Shown piece by piece: positions 28,547 to 39,114 of a stretch of 64,000 nt of DNA. The translations under genes and the position numbers were made by a program. Position 1 is the first letter of the stretch; each line of letters opens with the position of its first letter. Below the pieces are notes generated by a model, which searched no databases, was not told where the DNA came from, and saw nothing but the letters and a program-made list of their open reading frames with translations. The stretch is from Sedimenticola sp. (GTDB lineage: Bacteria; Pseudomonadota; Gammaproteobacteria; Chromatiales; Chromatiaceae), in assembly GCA_027068795.1 (NCBI GenBank), contig JAMOMB010000189.1, positions 4,712 to 68,711 of the forward strand. Direction: 5' to 3'.

Positions 28547-28963
28547 GGAAGACGGTCGGATAGTCGCTGTCGCGTTTGCGAGGGAGGAAAGTCCGGGCTC
28601 CACAGGGCAGGTCGCCAGGTAACGCCTGGGAGGCGCAAGCCTACGGAAAGTGCCACAGAAAATATACCGCCTTGTAGGGCGCTTCTACATAGTTCTGTTT
28701 GCGCGAAGCTGCCGAACGCGAATGATTAGAGGCGCCCTATATGGGTAAGGGTGAAAAGGTGCGGTAAGAGCGCACCGCGCCGCCGGTAACGGTGGTGGCA
28801 GGGTAAACCCCGGCTGGAGCAAGACCAAATAGGGAAGCATAGGCTGCGGCCCGCAGTTGCTTCCGGGTAGGTCGCTTGAGGCGTCCGGTGACGGGCGACC
28901 CAGATGAATGACTATCACAGCAGCTCAGTTTGCTGACAGAACCCGGCTTACAGACCGTCTTCC
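28547..28963 (+). ncRNA. rnpB: RNase P RNA, type A
   Basis: GAGGAAAGTCCGGGCTCC, GGAAAGTGCCACAGAAA, GGTAAGAGCGCACC, ACAGAACCCGGCTTA; P1 helix GGAAGACGGTC/GACCGTCTTCC. Confidence 0.97.
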
Positions 28964-29117
28964 TTCCCTACTTCTCATTTTTTGCAATTCTTCTTGCGCC
29001 GCATTCCTCATAAATCACTTTAAGTGCGCCATGCACTCCCTTGTTTATGCAATTTTTTCCAGCTTTGTGCGCCTCTCGTAAGCTATTGAGAATAAAGACT
29101 TTTTCCTCCTTTCCTTC

Positions 29118-29182
29118 TTGACCCTGTGGGGACTAGGGCCTATTATTCAATGCAACGTGGGGAATAGTGGGGAAAAAGGGGT
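29118..29182 (+). promoter_or_regulatory. dcw (mra) promoter and MraZ operator repeats
   Basis: TTGACC, 17 nt, TATTAT; GTGGGG at 29157 and 29167 and AAGGGG at 29176, about 10 nt apart, like known MraZ TGGGN boxes. Confidence 0.75.
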
Positions 29183-29186
29183 AATT

Positions 29187-29645
29187 GTGTTTCTTGGTGT
29201 CAGCACACTGAATCTGGATGTAAAAGGCCGCCTGGCGATTCCGGTCAAGTACCGGAAAGAGCTGGGCGCGTCCGATGGTTCCAGTGTGGTGGTGACCATT
29301 AACCCCTATGAGCGCTGCCTGTGGCTGTATCCCGAGAGCGAATGGCAGGAGGTGGCGCAAAAAGTCATGCGCCTGCCGGCATTGAAGAAACACAACAAGA
29401 ACTTGCAGCGGTTGCTTCTGGGGCATGCGTCGGAACTGGAGCTCGATGGCCAGGGGCGGATTCTGTTGAGCAGCAGTCTGCGTGAATATGCAGGCATGGG
29501 CAAGCAGGTCGCCCTGGTGGGCCAGGGCCGCAAGTTCGAGATCTGGAATGAACAACAGTGGTTTGCAAACAGGGAAGAGTGGCTGGAGGATATTGACCAG
29601 CCGGAATCCGAAATGTCGGAAGAACTGGCGAGTCTGGCGCTGTAG
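29187..29645 (+). CDS. mraZ: Division/cell wall cluster repressor MraZ
   Basis: LDVKGRLAIP and LDGQGRIL repeats; GTG start. Confidence 0.95.
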   Translation: MFLGVSTLNLDVKGRLAIPVKYRKELGASDGSSVVVTINPYERCLWLYPESEWQEVAQKVMRLPALKKHNKNLQRLLLGHASELELDGQGRILLSSSLREYAGMGKQVALVGQGRKFEIWNEQQWFANREEWLEDIDQPESEMSEELASLAL

Positions 29646-30584
29646 GTGACTGCCGCGGTGTTGCACAAGCCGGTTTTGTTTGAGGAAGCGATAGAGGCGA
29701 TGAATATCCAGCAAAACAGCTGCTGTGTGGATGGCACCTTTGGCCGGGGTGGGCACAGTGCTGCGATTCTCGACCGTCTGGGAGAGCAGGGCCGCCTCAT
29801 CGCCCTGGACAAGGATGCCCAGGCTATCGCCTATGGCAAGGCGCATTTTTCCTCAGAGCCGCGTCTGTATTTGCATCATTGCAGCTTTTCCAGGCTGCGG
29901 GAAGTGGTGGAACGACATGGCCTGGCCGGCAGGATTGACGCCGTGTTGCTGGATCTTGGCGTGTCATCGCCCCAACTGGACGATGCCGGGCGGGGATTCA
30001 GCTTTCAGCAGGATGGTCCCCTGGACATGCGCATGGATCAGAGCAGTGGCATGAGCGCCGCCCAGTGGCTGGCCACGGCAGAAGAATCAGAAATCGCCGC
30101 TGTGCTGTGGGAATACGGCGAAGAGCGTTTTTCACGGCGCATCGCTCGGGCCATCGTCGAGCAGCGTGGCGCCGAACCCTTGCAGACCACCACGCAACTG
30201 GCGCAATTGATTTTCCGCGCCAGCCCGGTGAAAGAGCGGCACAAGCATCCGGCAACGCGCAGTTTCCAGGCCATTCGCATCTATATCAACAGGGAGCTGG
30301 ACGACCTCCGGGAAGGGCTCGGGCAGGCGGTGGACGTGCTGGCCCCAGGCGGCAGACTGGTGGTGATCAGCTTTCATTCCCTGGAAGACCGGATCGTGAA
30401 GCGCTTTATTCGGGACAGGTCGCGGGGAGATTTGTTGCCCAAGGGGGTGCCGGTGATGGAAAAACACCGCAAGCCGGGAATATTGAGGGCCGTGGGAAAG
30501 CCGGTGCGGGCCGCTGAGGAGGAGCTTCAGCAAAACCCCAGAGCCCGCAGCGCCATCATGCGCATTGCTGAAAAACGGGCATGA
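29646..30584 (+). CDS. rsmH: 16S rRNA C1402 N4-methyltransferase
   Basis: DGTFGRGGHS, DLGVSSPQLD, PLDMRM, ISFHSLEDR. Confidence 0.97.
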   Translation: MTAAVLHKPVLFEEAIEAMNIQQNSCCVDGTFGRGGHSAAILDRLGEQGRLIALDKDAQAIAYGKAHFSSEPRLYLHHCSFSRLREVVERHGLAGRIDAVLLDLGVSSPQLDDAGRGFSFQQDGPLDMRMDQSSGMSAAQWLATAEESEIAAVLWEYGEERFSRRIARAIVEQRGAEPLQTTTQLAQLIFRASPVKERHKHPATRSFQAIRIYINRELDDLREGLGQAVDVLAPGGRLVVISFHSLEDRIVKRFIRDRSRGDLLPKGVPVMEKHRKPGILRAVGKPVRAAEEELQQNPRARSAIMRIAEKRA

Positions 30585-30865
30585 GGCGTCCGCAACTATG
30601 GATGCTCATGGTGCTGGGGATTGTTGTGCTGGCCTCTGCGGTGGCGGTCGTGCATGCGAAATACCGCTCAAGGGTGCTGTTTGGCGAACTCCAGCGCCTG
30701 GAGGCGCAGGCGGATGCAGTGGATATCGAATGGGAGCGGCTGCTGATCGAGCACGGCGCCTGGGGAACGCCGGCGCATATTGAAGCAAGCGCAAGGAAAA
30801 AGCTGAAAATGCGCATGCCCAGGGCAGAGGAAGTAATCATTATCAAAGGACATTATGGCGGCTAG
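30581..30865 (+). CDS. ftsL: Cell division protein FtsL
   Basis: Single TM plus coiled coil (EWERLLIE…IEASARKKLKM); between rsmH and ftsI. Confidence 0.92.
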   Translation: MRRPQLWMLMVLGIVVLASAVAVVHAKYRSRVLFGELQRLEAQADAVDIEWERLLIEHGAWGTPAHIEASARKKLKMRMPRAEEVIIIKGHYGG

Positions 30866-32618
30866 ACGGGAAAAACGGGCGAAGATGCACAAGCGGGCGG
30901 AAGCGCTGCCCAAGGCCTATGTGGGCCGGCGCCGGGTTGTGCTCACGGTTTTCATGATCGCCGTAAGCGGCCTGATCTGGCGGGCCGTGGATCAGCAGAT
31001 ATTCGAGAGGGATTTCCTGCAATCGGAAGGCGATCACCGGTATCTGGACAAGGTCGAGGTGCCCGCCCATCGCGGCGCCATCACGGATCGCAATGGCGCG
31101 GTGCTGGCCATGAGTACGCCGGTGGATTCCATTGCGGCGAACCCGCGCCTGCTGCGCCCCGACGCCCAGACGCTGCAGCCTTTGGCAAGGGCGCTGGACG
31201 TGGGGCTGGATGATCTGCGCCGCCGGCTGGCGCGCTACAGCCACAAGCATTTCGTGTACCTGAAGCGGCGCTTGCCTCCCGAGACCGCACAGGAAATCAT
31301 GGACGTGGCGAAGAAGCATCATATCGTCGGCTTGCAGACCACGCGGGAATACCGGCGTTATTATCCGGACGGCGAGATTTTCGCCCATGTGATCGGCTTT
31401 ACCAATCTCGATGATGTCGGTCAGGAGGGCCTGGAATATGCGTTCAATGAACAACTGGCGGGCAAGCCTGGCCTGAAGCGCGTACTGCGTGACGGGCGCC
31501 GCCAGGTGGTGGCGGATGTGGAAAGCCTGCGCATGCCCCAGCCGGGCAAGAACCTGGCCCTCAGCCTGGATCAGCGCCTGCAATACATCGCCTATCGTGA
31601 GCTCAAGGCGGCCATCGCCAAGCACAATGCGGTTTCCGGCTCCATTGTGATGCTGGATGTGAAAACCGGCGAAGTGCTGGTGATGGTCAATCAGCCGGGC
31701 TACAACCCCAATGGTGATCGCAGCATGCACGGCGGGCGCTTGCGCAATCGCGCCGTCACGGATGTATTCGAGCCTGGCTCCACCATGAAGCCCCTGACGG
31801 TGGCCGTAGGTCTGGATCTGGGCGTGATCCGGGCGAACACCCGCATCGATACCAGCCCGGGATACTTCAAGCTCGGGAAATTCAGCGTCAAGGATCATGA
31901 CAATCTGGGTGTGGTGGATATCGAAACCATCATCAAGAAATCCAGTAACGTGGGCGCGGGCAAGATCGCCCTGTCCCTGCCCCGGGAAAAATTCCGGGAT
32001 TATCTTGTTGCCCTGGGATTCGGCAGAAGCAGTGGTTCCGGCTATCCCGGAGAGGCGGGCGGCCAGTTGCGACCGGCCGCCAACTGGGCGCGGATCGACC
32101 AGGCGACGCTTTCCTACGGGTATGGCATTTCCGTATCCGTGCTGCAACTGGCCCAGGCCTATGCAGTGCTGGCGGCGGACGGCGTCTACCGCCCTGTCAG
32201 TCTGCTGCGCAGGGATGAAGCGCCCCGGGGAATACGGGTTTTCAGCAAGAAAACCGCCCTGCAGGTGCGCCACATGATGGAATCCGTGGTGGCTCCCGGC
32301 GGTACGGCTACTCGCGCCGCTGTTCCCGGGTACCGCATCGCCGGCAAGACAGGGACGGTGAAGAAGGCAGGGGTGGGCGGCTATTCCCAGCGCAAATATC
32401 TTTCCCTGTTCGCCGGCATGGCGCCCGCCAGCAACCCGCGGCTGGTGGCTGTGGTGATGATCAACGAGCCCAGAGGCAAACAATACTATGGCGGGCTGGT
32501 GGCCGCGCCAGTGTTTGCGGCGGTCATGGATGACGCCCTGCGTTTGCTCAATGTGGCGCCGGATGCCCTGGATCGAAACCAGGCCGTGCGCCTTGCCCAG
32601 GCCGGGGTGCGCCCTTGA
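30855..32618 (+). CDS. ftsI: Peptidoglycan transpeptidase PBP3
   Basis: RGAITDRNG, EPGSTMK (SxxK), SSN, GKTGT. Confidence 0.96.
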   Translation: MAARREKRAKMHKRAEALPKAYVGRRRVVLTVFMIAVSGLIWRAVDQQIFERDFLQSEGDHRYLDKVEVPAHRGAITDRNGAVLAMSTPVDSIAANPRLLRPDAQTLQPLARALDVGLDDLRRRLARYSHKHFVYLKRRLPPETAQEIMDVAKKHHIVGLQTTREYRRYYPDGEIFAHVIGFTNLDDVGQEGLEYAFNEQLAGKPGLKRVLRDGRRQVVADVESLRMPQPGKNLALSLDQRLQYIAYRELKAAIAKHNAVSGSIVMLDVKTGEVLVMVNQPGYNPNGDRSMHGGRLRNRAVTDVFEPGSTMKPLTVAVGLDLGVIRANTRIDTSPGYFKLGKFSVKDHDNLGVVDIETIIKKSSNVGAGKIALSLPREKFRDYLVALGFGRSSGSGYPGEAGGQLRPAANWARIDQATLSYGYGISVSVLQLAQAYAVLAADGVYRPVSLLRRDEAPRGIRVFSKKTALQVRHMMESVVAPGGTATRAAVPGYRIAGKTGTVKKAGVGGYSQRKYLSLFAGMAPASNPRLVAVVMINEPRGKQYYGGLVAAPVFAAVMDDALRLLNVAPDALDRNQAVRLAQAGVRP

Positions 32619-34138
32619 TGGCCGGCGCCCAGCAACAGCACGCCGGCTGGCTGGCCGGTGATTTGCTTGCAGGTCTTGGTTTGCCGGCCGGCGCCTGGGA
32701 GCATCTGCCGATTTCCGCGCTGGCCCTGGACAGCCGCAAGGCCGAACCCGGCGCTTTGTTTCTGGCCCTGTCCGGAAGCCAGGGGCATGGGCTGGAGCAT
32801 TTGCAGCAAGCCCTGGATGAAGGCGCGTCCCTGGTGCTTGCGGAGACGTCCAGGGATTGGCCTGAACACCGAATACGCCGCCTGGCGCGGTCTGCGCCCC
32901 TGTTGGTCATGGACGACTTGCGTGCTGCCGTCAGCGGTATCGCCGCCCGTTTCCATGCCTTTCCCGCCCAAGACATGCGTATTGCCGGAGTCACCGGCAC
33001 CAACGGCAAAACCAGCGTCAGCCTGTTTCTGGCCCAGGCGCTGCCCCGGGCATGGCGTTGCGCCGTGACCGGCACCACGGGCAATGGCTTTCCCGGTCGT
33101 CTGCAGCCGGCAAGCCACACCACGCCCGATGCCGTGGAAGCGCAACAAATTTTGTTTGATCTGAAGCAGGCCGGCGCCAAGGCCGTCGCCATGGAGGTGT
33201 CCTCCCATGCCCTGGATCAGCAGCGCCTGGCGGCGGTGCCCTTCCACACGGCGGTATTCACCAATCTCAGCAGGGATCATCTGGACTATCACGGCTCCAT
33301 GCGCGCCTATGCCGCTGCAAAGCGGCGTTTGTTTGAAACCCCGGGGCTGGAAATGGCCGTTATCAATACCGATGACGCCGTCGGGGCGGAACTTTTGTCC
33401 GGCCTGAAAGGGAAGATATTGACGATTGCCTGTCATCAGGGTGCGCATGCCCAGGGCGCCGATGAATTTATTCATATCGACAGCATCGAGCCGCGCCCCC
33501 AGGGATTGCGTCTGCGCTTTTCATCATCCTGGGGGAAGGGCGAAATCAACAGCCGTCTCCTCGGTGATTTCAACGCAGGCAATTTGACCCTGGTGCTGGC
33601 CGTGTTGCTCGGCTGGGGCGTACCCCTGGAAGAGGCGATCTGCGGCCTGGAAAAACTGGAGACGGTGCCCGGACGCATGCAGAAATTCGGTGGTGGCGAC
33701 CAACCCCTGGTGGTGGTGGACTATGCGCACACGCCGGATGCCCTGGCGAAAGCGCTGTCCAGCCTGCGCCCCCATGGAACCGGGCGTCTGTTCTGCGTGT
33801 TTGGTTGCGGCGGTGATCGCGACCGGGGCAAGCGCGCGCAAATGGGCACCCTGGCCGAAGCCTTGGCGGATGTGGCGATTCTTACGGATGACAATCCCAG
33901 AAACGAATCATCGGCGGCCATACTCGCCGATATTCTGGAAGGCATGGAGGCGCCGCGTAAGGCGCAGGTGATTCCGGACCGGGCCGAAGCCATTGCCGCC
34001 GCGATTCACCAGGCCCAGGCGGGCGATATTGTTCTGGTTGCGGGGAAGGGACATGAGACTTACCAGTTGGTCGGCAATCAGCGTCACCTGTTCAGCGATA
34101 TCGAACAGGTGCGGCGCTGTCTGGGAGGGCGCTCATGA
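32618..34138 (+). CDS. murE: UDP-MurNAc-dipeptide:DAP ligase
   Basis: GVTGTNGKTS, MEVSSH, DYAHTPD, DNPR, AGKGHE. Confidence 0.96.
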   Translation: MAGAQQQHAGWLAGDLLAGLGLPAGAWEHLPISALALDSRKAEPGALFLALSGSQGHGLEHLQQALDEGASLVLAETSRDWPEHRIRRLARSAPLLVMDDLRAAVSGIAARFHAFPAQDMRIAGVTGTNGKTSVSLFLAQALPRAWRCAVTGTTGNGFPGRLQPASHTTPDAVEAQQILFDLKQAGAKAVAMEVSSHALDQQRLAAVPFHTAVFTNLSRDHLDYHGSMRAYAAAKRRLFETPGLEMAVINTDDAVGAELLSGLKGKILTIACHQGAHAQGADEFIHIDSIEPRPQGLRLRFSSSWGKGEINSRLLGDFNAGNLTLVLAVLLGWGVPLEEAICGLEKLETVPGRMQKFGGGDQPLVVVDYAHTPDALAKALSSLRPHGTGRLFCVFGCGGDRDRGKRAQMGTLAEALADVAILTDDNPRNESSAAILADILEGMEAPRKAQVIPDRAEAIAAAIHQAQAGDIVLVAGKGHETYQLVGNQRHLFSDIEQVRRCLGGRS

Positions 34139-35499
34139 TTGCTTTTCGCTTGTCGGAGATTGCAGAAAGGCTGCATGGCGAATTGAAGGGCGAAGATGCG
34201 GTAATCCGCTCCGTGAGCACAGACAGCCGCAAGCTGCGTCCGGGGGATCTGTATGTGGCGCTGCCCGGCCCGAGGTTCGACGGGCATGATTTTCTCCAGG
34301 ACGCTGCCCGGAAGGGGGCAGCCGCCGCATTGGTCAGCGCCGCCGCTGAAGCGCCCCTGCCTTGTGTGCGGGTGGCGGATACGCGCCGGGGCCTGGGACA
34401 GCTGGCGGCGGCCTGGCGTGAGCGCGCCAGGGCCAAAGTCGTGGCCATTACCGGCAGCAACGGCAAGACCACGGTCAAGGAAATGCTCGCGGCCATCCTC
34501 TCCCGCAGGGGAAAAACCCTGGCTACCAGAGGCAATCTCAACAACGAAATCGGCCTGCCCCTGACGCTGTGCAGGCTGCAGGATGAAGCCTATGCAGTGG
34601 TGGAAATGGGAGCCAATCACCCTGGTGAGATCGATTACCTGAGCCACATGGCAAGCCCCGATGTCGCTGTGCTGAACAATGCCGGCCGCGCCCACCTCCA
34701 GGGCTTCGGCAGTCTTCGTGGAGTGGCCGTGTCCAAGGCGGAAATCATCAATGGACTCGCCGCGGATGGCGTGTTCGTGTTCAATGCGGATGACGCCTAT
34801 GCGGATTTGTGGCGGCAGTTGGCGCAATCCCGCCAGAAGCTGAGTTTTGGCGTTTCCCGGGCTGCTGACGTCAGCAGTCCTGCGGATTCCCTGCAACTGG
34901 TTTGGGATGCAGAAGGCTTTCACAGTGAATTTACGGTGCAAATCCCGGCCGGCGAGTTGCGAATCCGCTTGCGCCTCGCCGGCGAGCACAACCGCATGAA
35001 CGCCCTGGCGGCGATTGCCGCGGCCCTGGTGCTGGATGCCGGCCGGGAGGAAATAGAAGCCGGCCTGGCGTCTCTGCAGCCGGTTCCCGGCCGCCTGTGC
35101 CCGCGAAAGGGCGCGGTGGCGGAGTGGGTCATCGATGACAGCTACAACGCCAACCCGGAATCGGTGAATAGGGCCATGGATGTACTCTGCCAGTTTCCCG
35201 GCCGCAAGCTGCTGGTGCTGGGGGATTTGGGCGAGCTGGGCAATGATGCGGCCGCATTGCATGGGGAGCTGGGAGAGCGGGCGGCGGGCAAGGGGATCGA
35301 CCTGCTGTTCACCTGTGGCCGGCTGAGTGAAAATGCCAGCCTGGCCTTTGGTGCGGGGGCGAAGCACTTCCCGCATCAGGAGGCCCTTCTCGCCTGCCTG
35401 CAAGATGAATTGAAAGCGGGGGATGCGGTGCTGGTGAAAGGCTCCCGCTCGGCCGCCATGGAGCAGACGGTGGCGGCGCTTTGCGGGGGGGAGGACTGA
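34135..35499 (+). CDS. murF: UDP-MurNAc-tripeptide:D-Ala-D-Ala ligase
   Basis: [35 protein letters not shown]. Confidence 0.96.
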   Translation: MIAFRLSEIAERLHGELKGEDAVIRSVSTDSRKLRPGDLYVALPGPRFDGHDFLQDAARKGAAAALVSAAAEAPLPCVRVADTRRGLGQLAAAWRERARAKVVAITGSNGKTTVKEMLAAILSRRGKTLATRGNLNNEIGLPLTLCRLQDEAYAVVEMGANHPGEIDYLSHMASPDVAVLNNAGRAHLQGFGSLRGVAVSKAEIINGLAADGVFVFNADDAYADLWRQLAQSRQKLSFGVSRAADVSSPADSLQLVWDAEGFHSEFTVQIPAGELRIRLRLAGEHNRMNALAAIAAALVLDAGREEIEAGLASLQPVPGRLCPRKGAVAEWVIDDSYNANPESVNRAMDVLCQFPGRKLLVLGDLGELGNDAAALHGELGERAAGKGIDLLFTCGRLSENASLAFGAGAKHFPHQEALLACLQDELKAGDAVLVKGSRSAAMEQTVAALCGGED

Positions 35500-36581
35500 T
35501 GCTGATCTGGCTCACAGACTATCTGGCCCAGTTCGATCCGGCCTTCAACGTGTTTCGCTACATTACCCTGCGGGCGATTTTGGGGGTGCTCACCGCCCTG
35601 GTGATCTCCTTCGTCGTGGGGCCGGTGATGATTCGCCGCCTGAGCCAGTACAAGATCGGCCAGATGGTGCGTAACGACGGCCCGGAAAGTCATTTTTCCA
35701 AGGCCGGCACCCCCACCATGGGAGGCGCGCTGATTCTTGTGGCGGTGTCCATCGCCGTATTGCTGTGGGCGGATCTGAGTAACCGATACATATGGATCGT
35801 ACTGTTCACCACCCTGAGTTTTGGCGTGGTCGGCCTTGTCGATGATTACCGCAAGCTGGTGCTCAAGGATTCCCGGGGGCTGCCCGCCCGCTGGAAATAT
35901 CTGTGGCAGTCGCTATTCGGCCTGGCGGCGGCGGTGGCGCTGTATGTTACCGCCGCCGTTCCCGCGGAAACCCAGCTCATCGTTCCTTTCTTCAAGGATG
36001 TGGTGCTGGATCTGGGGCCGGCTTTCATCCTGCTGGCCTATCTGGTGATCGTGGGTTCCTCGAATGCGGTGAATCTCACCGATGGTCTCGATGGCCTGGC
36101 GATTCTGCCGACCGTACTGGTGGCGGGGGCGCTGGGCGTGTTCGCCTATGTGTCCGGGCATTTGTATTTGTCGAAGTATCTGTTGATTCCCTATGTCCCC
36201 GGGGCGGGGGAGCTGGCGATATTTTGTGGCGCCCTGGTGGGCGCCGGCCTGGGTTTTCTCTGGTTCAACGCCTATCCCGCCCAGGTATTCATGGGAGACG
36301 TGGGCGCCCTGGCTCTGGGCGCCGCCCTGGGCGTGGTGGCGGTGGCGGTGCGGCAGGAACTGGTGCTGTTCATCATGGGCGGCGTGTTCGTGGTGGAGAC
36401 CGTATCGGTGATTTTGCAGGTGGTTTCCTACAAGCTCACCGGCCGCAGAATATTCCGCATGGCGCCCCTGCATCATCATTTTGAACTGAAGGGCTGGCCG
36501 GAGCCGCGGGTGATCGTGCGTTTCTGGATCGTAACCGTCATTCTGGTGCTGGTGGGGCTGGCGAGCCTGAAGATCCGGTGA
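35499..36581 (+). CDS. mraY: Phospho-MurNAc-pentapeptide transferase
   Basis: [36 protein letters not shown]. Confidence 0.97.
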   Translation: MLIWLTDYLAQFDPAFNVFRYITLRAILGVLTALVISFVVGPVMIRRLSQYKIGQMVRNDGPESHFSKAGTPTMGGALILVAVSIAVLLWADLSNRYIWIVLFTTLSFGVVGLVDDYRKLVLKDSRGLPARWKYLWQSLFGLAAAVALYVTAAVPAETQLIVPFFKDVVLDLGPAFILLAYLVIVGSSNAVNLTDGLDGLAILPTVLVAGALGVFAYVSGHLYLSKYLLIPYVPGAGELAIFCGALVGAGLGFLWFNAYPAQVFMGDVGALALGAALGVVAVAVRQELVLFIMGGVFVVETVSVILQVVSYKLTGRRIFRMAPLHHHFELKGWPEPRVIVRFWIVTVILVLVGLASLKIR

Positions 36582-37948
36582 TGAAGAATATGGCCGCAGC
36601 ATTGCACATTGATGATTTGCCACAGCGGGTGCTGATCGTGGGCCTGGGGGTGACCGGTTTGTCCTGCGCGCGCTATCTGCATGGCCTGGGCGTGCCGCAA
36701 TTGCTGGTTGCCGACAGCCGGGAACAACCTCCGGGGCTGGATGCGCTGCGCCGCCAACTGCCGGATGTGGAACTGTTTCTGGGGAATTTCGACCGCAGCC
36801 TCTTTGCCGGGGCGGAAATGCTGGTCGTCAGCCCCGGCGTCGCCCTGGCCACAGCGGAAATCCAGCATGCCCTGCAGCAGGGCGTGCCCGTGGTAGGGGA
36901 TGTGGAGCTGTTTGCCAGGCAGGTGCAGGGAAAGGTGGCGGCAATCACCGGCTCCAACGGCAAAAGCACGGTCACTACCTTGCTCGGCCTCATGGCGGCG
37001 GGCAAGGGCGCTGTGACCGGCGGCAACCTGGGCAAGCCGGTGCTGGACTTGCTGGAAGACGAGGCTGCGCTGTATGTGCTGGAGTTGTCCAGCTTTCAGC
37101 TGGAAACCACTGCGAGTCTGGCGCCGGAAGTGGCGGTGGTGCTGAATGTTTCCGCGGATCATATGGATCGTTACGCCAGCCTGGAAGCGTATGCGCAGGT
37201 CAAGTCCCGGGTCTATGAACAGGCGGCGACAGGCGTCTACAACCTGGATGATCCCCGGGTGATGCGCATGCCGCGCACCCCCAGGAGGCTGTTCTTCACC
37301 CTGGGCGAGCCCCGGGGCGCAGATTGTTTTGGCATCCGCACCAGCGATGGGCGGGCCTGGCTGTGCCGGGGTGACAAGCCCTTGCTGCCAGCAACGGAAT
37401 TGCCGCTGCCGGGGCGACACAACCTGGCCAATGCCCTGGCGGCCCTGGCCATGGGAACTGCGCTGGCGTTGCCCATGCAGGACATGCTCCAGGTATTGCG
37501 GACGTTTCCCGGCCTGGCGCACCGCACTGAATATGTCCGCACCTGCGCGGGCGTAAAGTGGTACAACGATTCCAAGGGCACCAACCCGGGCGCAACCGTG
37601 GCAGCCCTGCAGGGATTGCATATGGGGGATGACAGCCGCACGGTACTGATTGCCGGAGGCGACTGCAAGCAGGCGGATTTTTCCGCCCTGGCCCGGATGA
37701 TCGGGAAAACCGCCCGGGCGGTGGTGCTCATTGGCCGGGATCGCCGGCAGATACGCCAAGCGCTGGAGGTCGGAATCCCCATTGTCGATGCCGTGGACAT
37801 GGAAGAAGCCGTCGCCAGGGCGGCGGAACTGGCGTTGCCGGGGGATCGGGTGCTGCTTTCTCCGGCCTGCGCCAGTTTTGACATGTTCCATGGGTTCGAG
37901 CACCGCGGCGCTGTTTTCAAGGACTGCGTGGGGAGGCTGCGCCCATGA
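36581..37948 (+). CDS. murD: UDP-MurNAc-L-Ala:D-Glu ligase
   Basis: GLGVTG, ITGSNGKST, LELSSFQLE, NDSKGTN, SPACASFD. Confidence 0.96.
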   Translation: MKNMAAALHIDDLPQRVLIVGLGVTGLSCARYLHGLGVPQLLVADSREQPPGLDALRRQLPDVELFLGNFDRSLFAGAEMLVVSPGVALATAEIQHALQQGVPVVGDVELFARQVQGKVAAITGSNGKSTVTTLLGLMAAGKGAVTGGNLGKPVLDLLEDEAALYVLELSSFQLETTASLAPEVAVVLNVSADHMDRYASLEAYAQVKSRVYEQAATGVYNLDDPRVMRMPRTPRRLFFTLGEPRGADCFGIRTSDGRAWLCRGDKPLLPATELPLPGRHNLANALAALAMGTALALPMQDMLQVLRTFPGLAHRTEYVRTCAGVKWYNDSKGTNPGATVAALQGLHMGDDSRTVLIAGGDCKQADFSALARMIGKTARAVVLIGRDRRQIRQALEVGIPIVDAVDMEEAVARAAELALPGDRVLLSPACASFDMFHGFEHRGAVFKDCVGRLRP

Positions 37949-39114
37949 GCGCAATCGCCCGCCCCCGCGCCATGGCGCCCGCATCCAGCCAGTCTCTGGA
38001 CTGGATGCTGCTGCTGGCTGTGCTCTCCCTCATCGGTCTGGGCATTGTAATGGTGAGTTCGGCGTCCTTGCATCTCGCCGGCAGCGGCAACTCCTTTCAC
38101 TATCTGAGCAAGCATTTGCTTGCCCTGGGCCTGGGGGCGGCCGCGGCTTTGCTGGTGTTGCAGATACCCAGCAACTGGTGGGAGCGGGGCAGTACCTGGC
38201 TGTATTTTCTGGGGCTGGCCTTGCTGGTGGTGGTGCTGGTTCCCGGTCTGGGAAAAACCGTAAATGGCTCGACCCGCTGGGTGGAGCTGGGAGGGATCAA
38301 CCTGCAGACCTCCGAGTTCATGAAGCTGTTCCTGATTTTCTACATGGCCGGGTATCTGGTGCGGCGGCAGGTGGAGGTTGCGCATTCGACGTGGGGGGTG
38401 GTGAAACCGTTGCTGCTGCTGTTCCTGGCGGCGGTACTGCTCATGGCGCAACCGGATTTTGGCACCACGGTGGTGCTCCTGGCCACGGCGCTGGGCTTGC
38501 TGTTCCTCGGCGGTGCGTCCTTGTGGCAGTTTGGCCTGCTGTTGGTGCTGGCCATCCTGGGCGGCGCGGCGCTGGTGATGACTTCATCCTATCGTCAGGA
38601 GCGCGTGACCTCTTTCCTCGATCCCTGGGCGGATCCCCTGGATTCCGGTTACCAGCTTTCCCAGGCGCTCATCGCCTTCGGGCGGGGAGAATGGACGGGC
38701 GTGGGACTGGGCAACGGCATTCAGAAGCAATTCTATCTGCCGGAAGCGCATACGGATTTCATCATGGCGGTGATTGGCGAGGAATTCGGCCTGGTGGGCA
38801 CTCTTGCCGTCATCGCCCTGTTCAGCGTTCTGGTGTGGCGGGCATTCAGTATCGGCGCCGCCGCGGAATCCCTGCAACGCCGCTTCGCCGCCTATGTCGC
38901 CTATGGCATAGGTTTGTGGCTGGGATTGCAGGCATTCATCAACATCGGCGTGAATGTGGGTTTGCTGCCCACCAAGGGGCTGACCCTGCCCTTTGTCAGT
39001 TATGGCAGCAACAGCATGATCATCAGCTGCGTGGCGGTTGCCGTGCTGCTGCGCATCCATTGGGAAAACCGCACCGGAGATGAACGTGCGGGAGGTATGC
39101 CGTGGCGCGCATAA
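37945..39114 (+). CDS. ftsW: SEDS peptidoglycan polymerase FtsW
   Basis: VNGSTRW, QPDFGT, LPEAHTDFI, PTKGLTLPFVSYG. Confidence 0.96.
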   Translation: MSAIARPRAMAPASSQSLDWMLLLAVLSLIGLGIVMVSSASLHLAGSGNSFHYLSKHLLALGLGAAAALLVLQIPSNWWERGSTWLYFLGLALLVVVLVPGLGKTVNGSTRWVELGGINLQTSEFMKLFLIFYMAGYLVRRQVEVAHSTWGVVKPLLLLFLAAVLLMAQPDFGTTVVLLATALGLLFLGGASLWQFGLLLVLAILGGAALVMTSSYRQERVTSFLDPWADPLDSGYQLSQALIAFGRGEWTGVGLGNGIQKQFYLPEAHTDFIMAVIGEEFGLVGTLAVIALFSVLVWRAFSIGAAAESLQRRFAAYVAYGIGLWLGLQAFINIGVNVGLLPTKGLTLPFVSYGSNSMIISCVAVAVLLRIHWENRTGDERAGGMPWRA

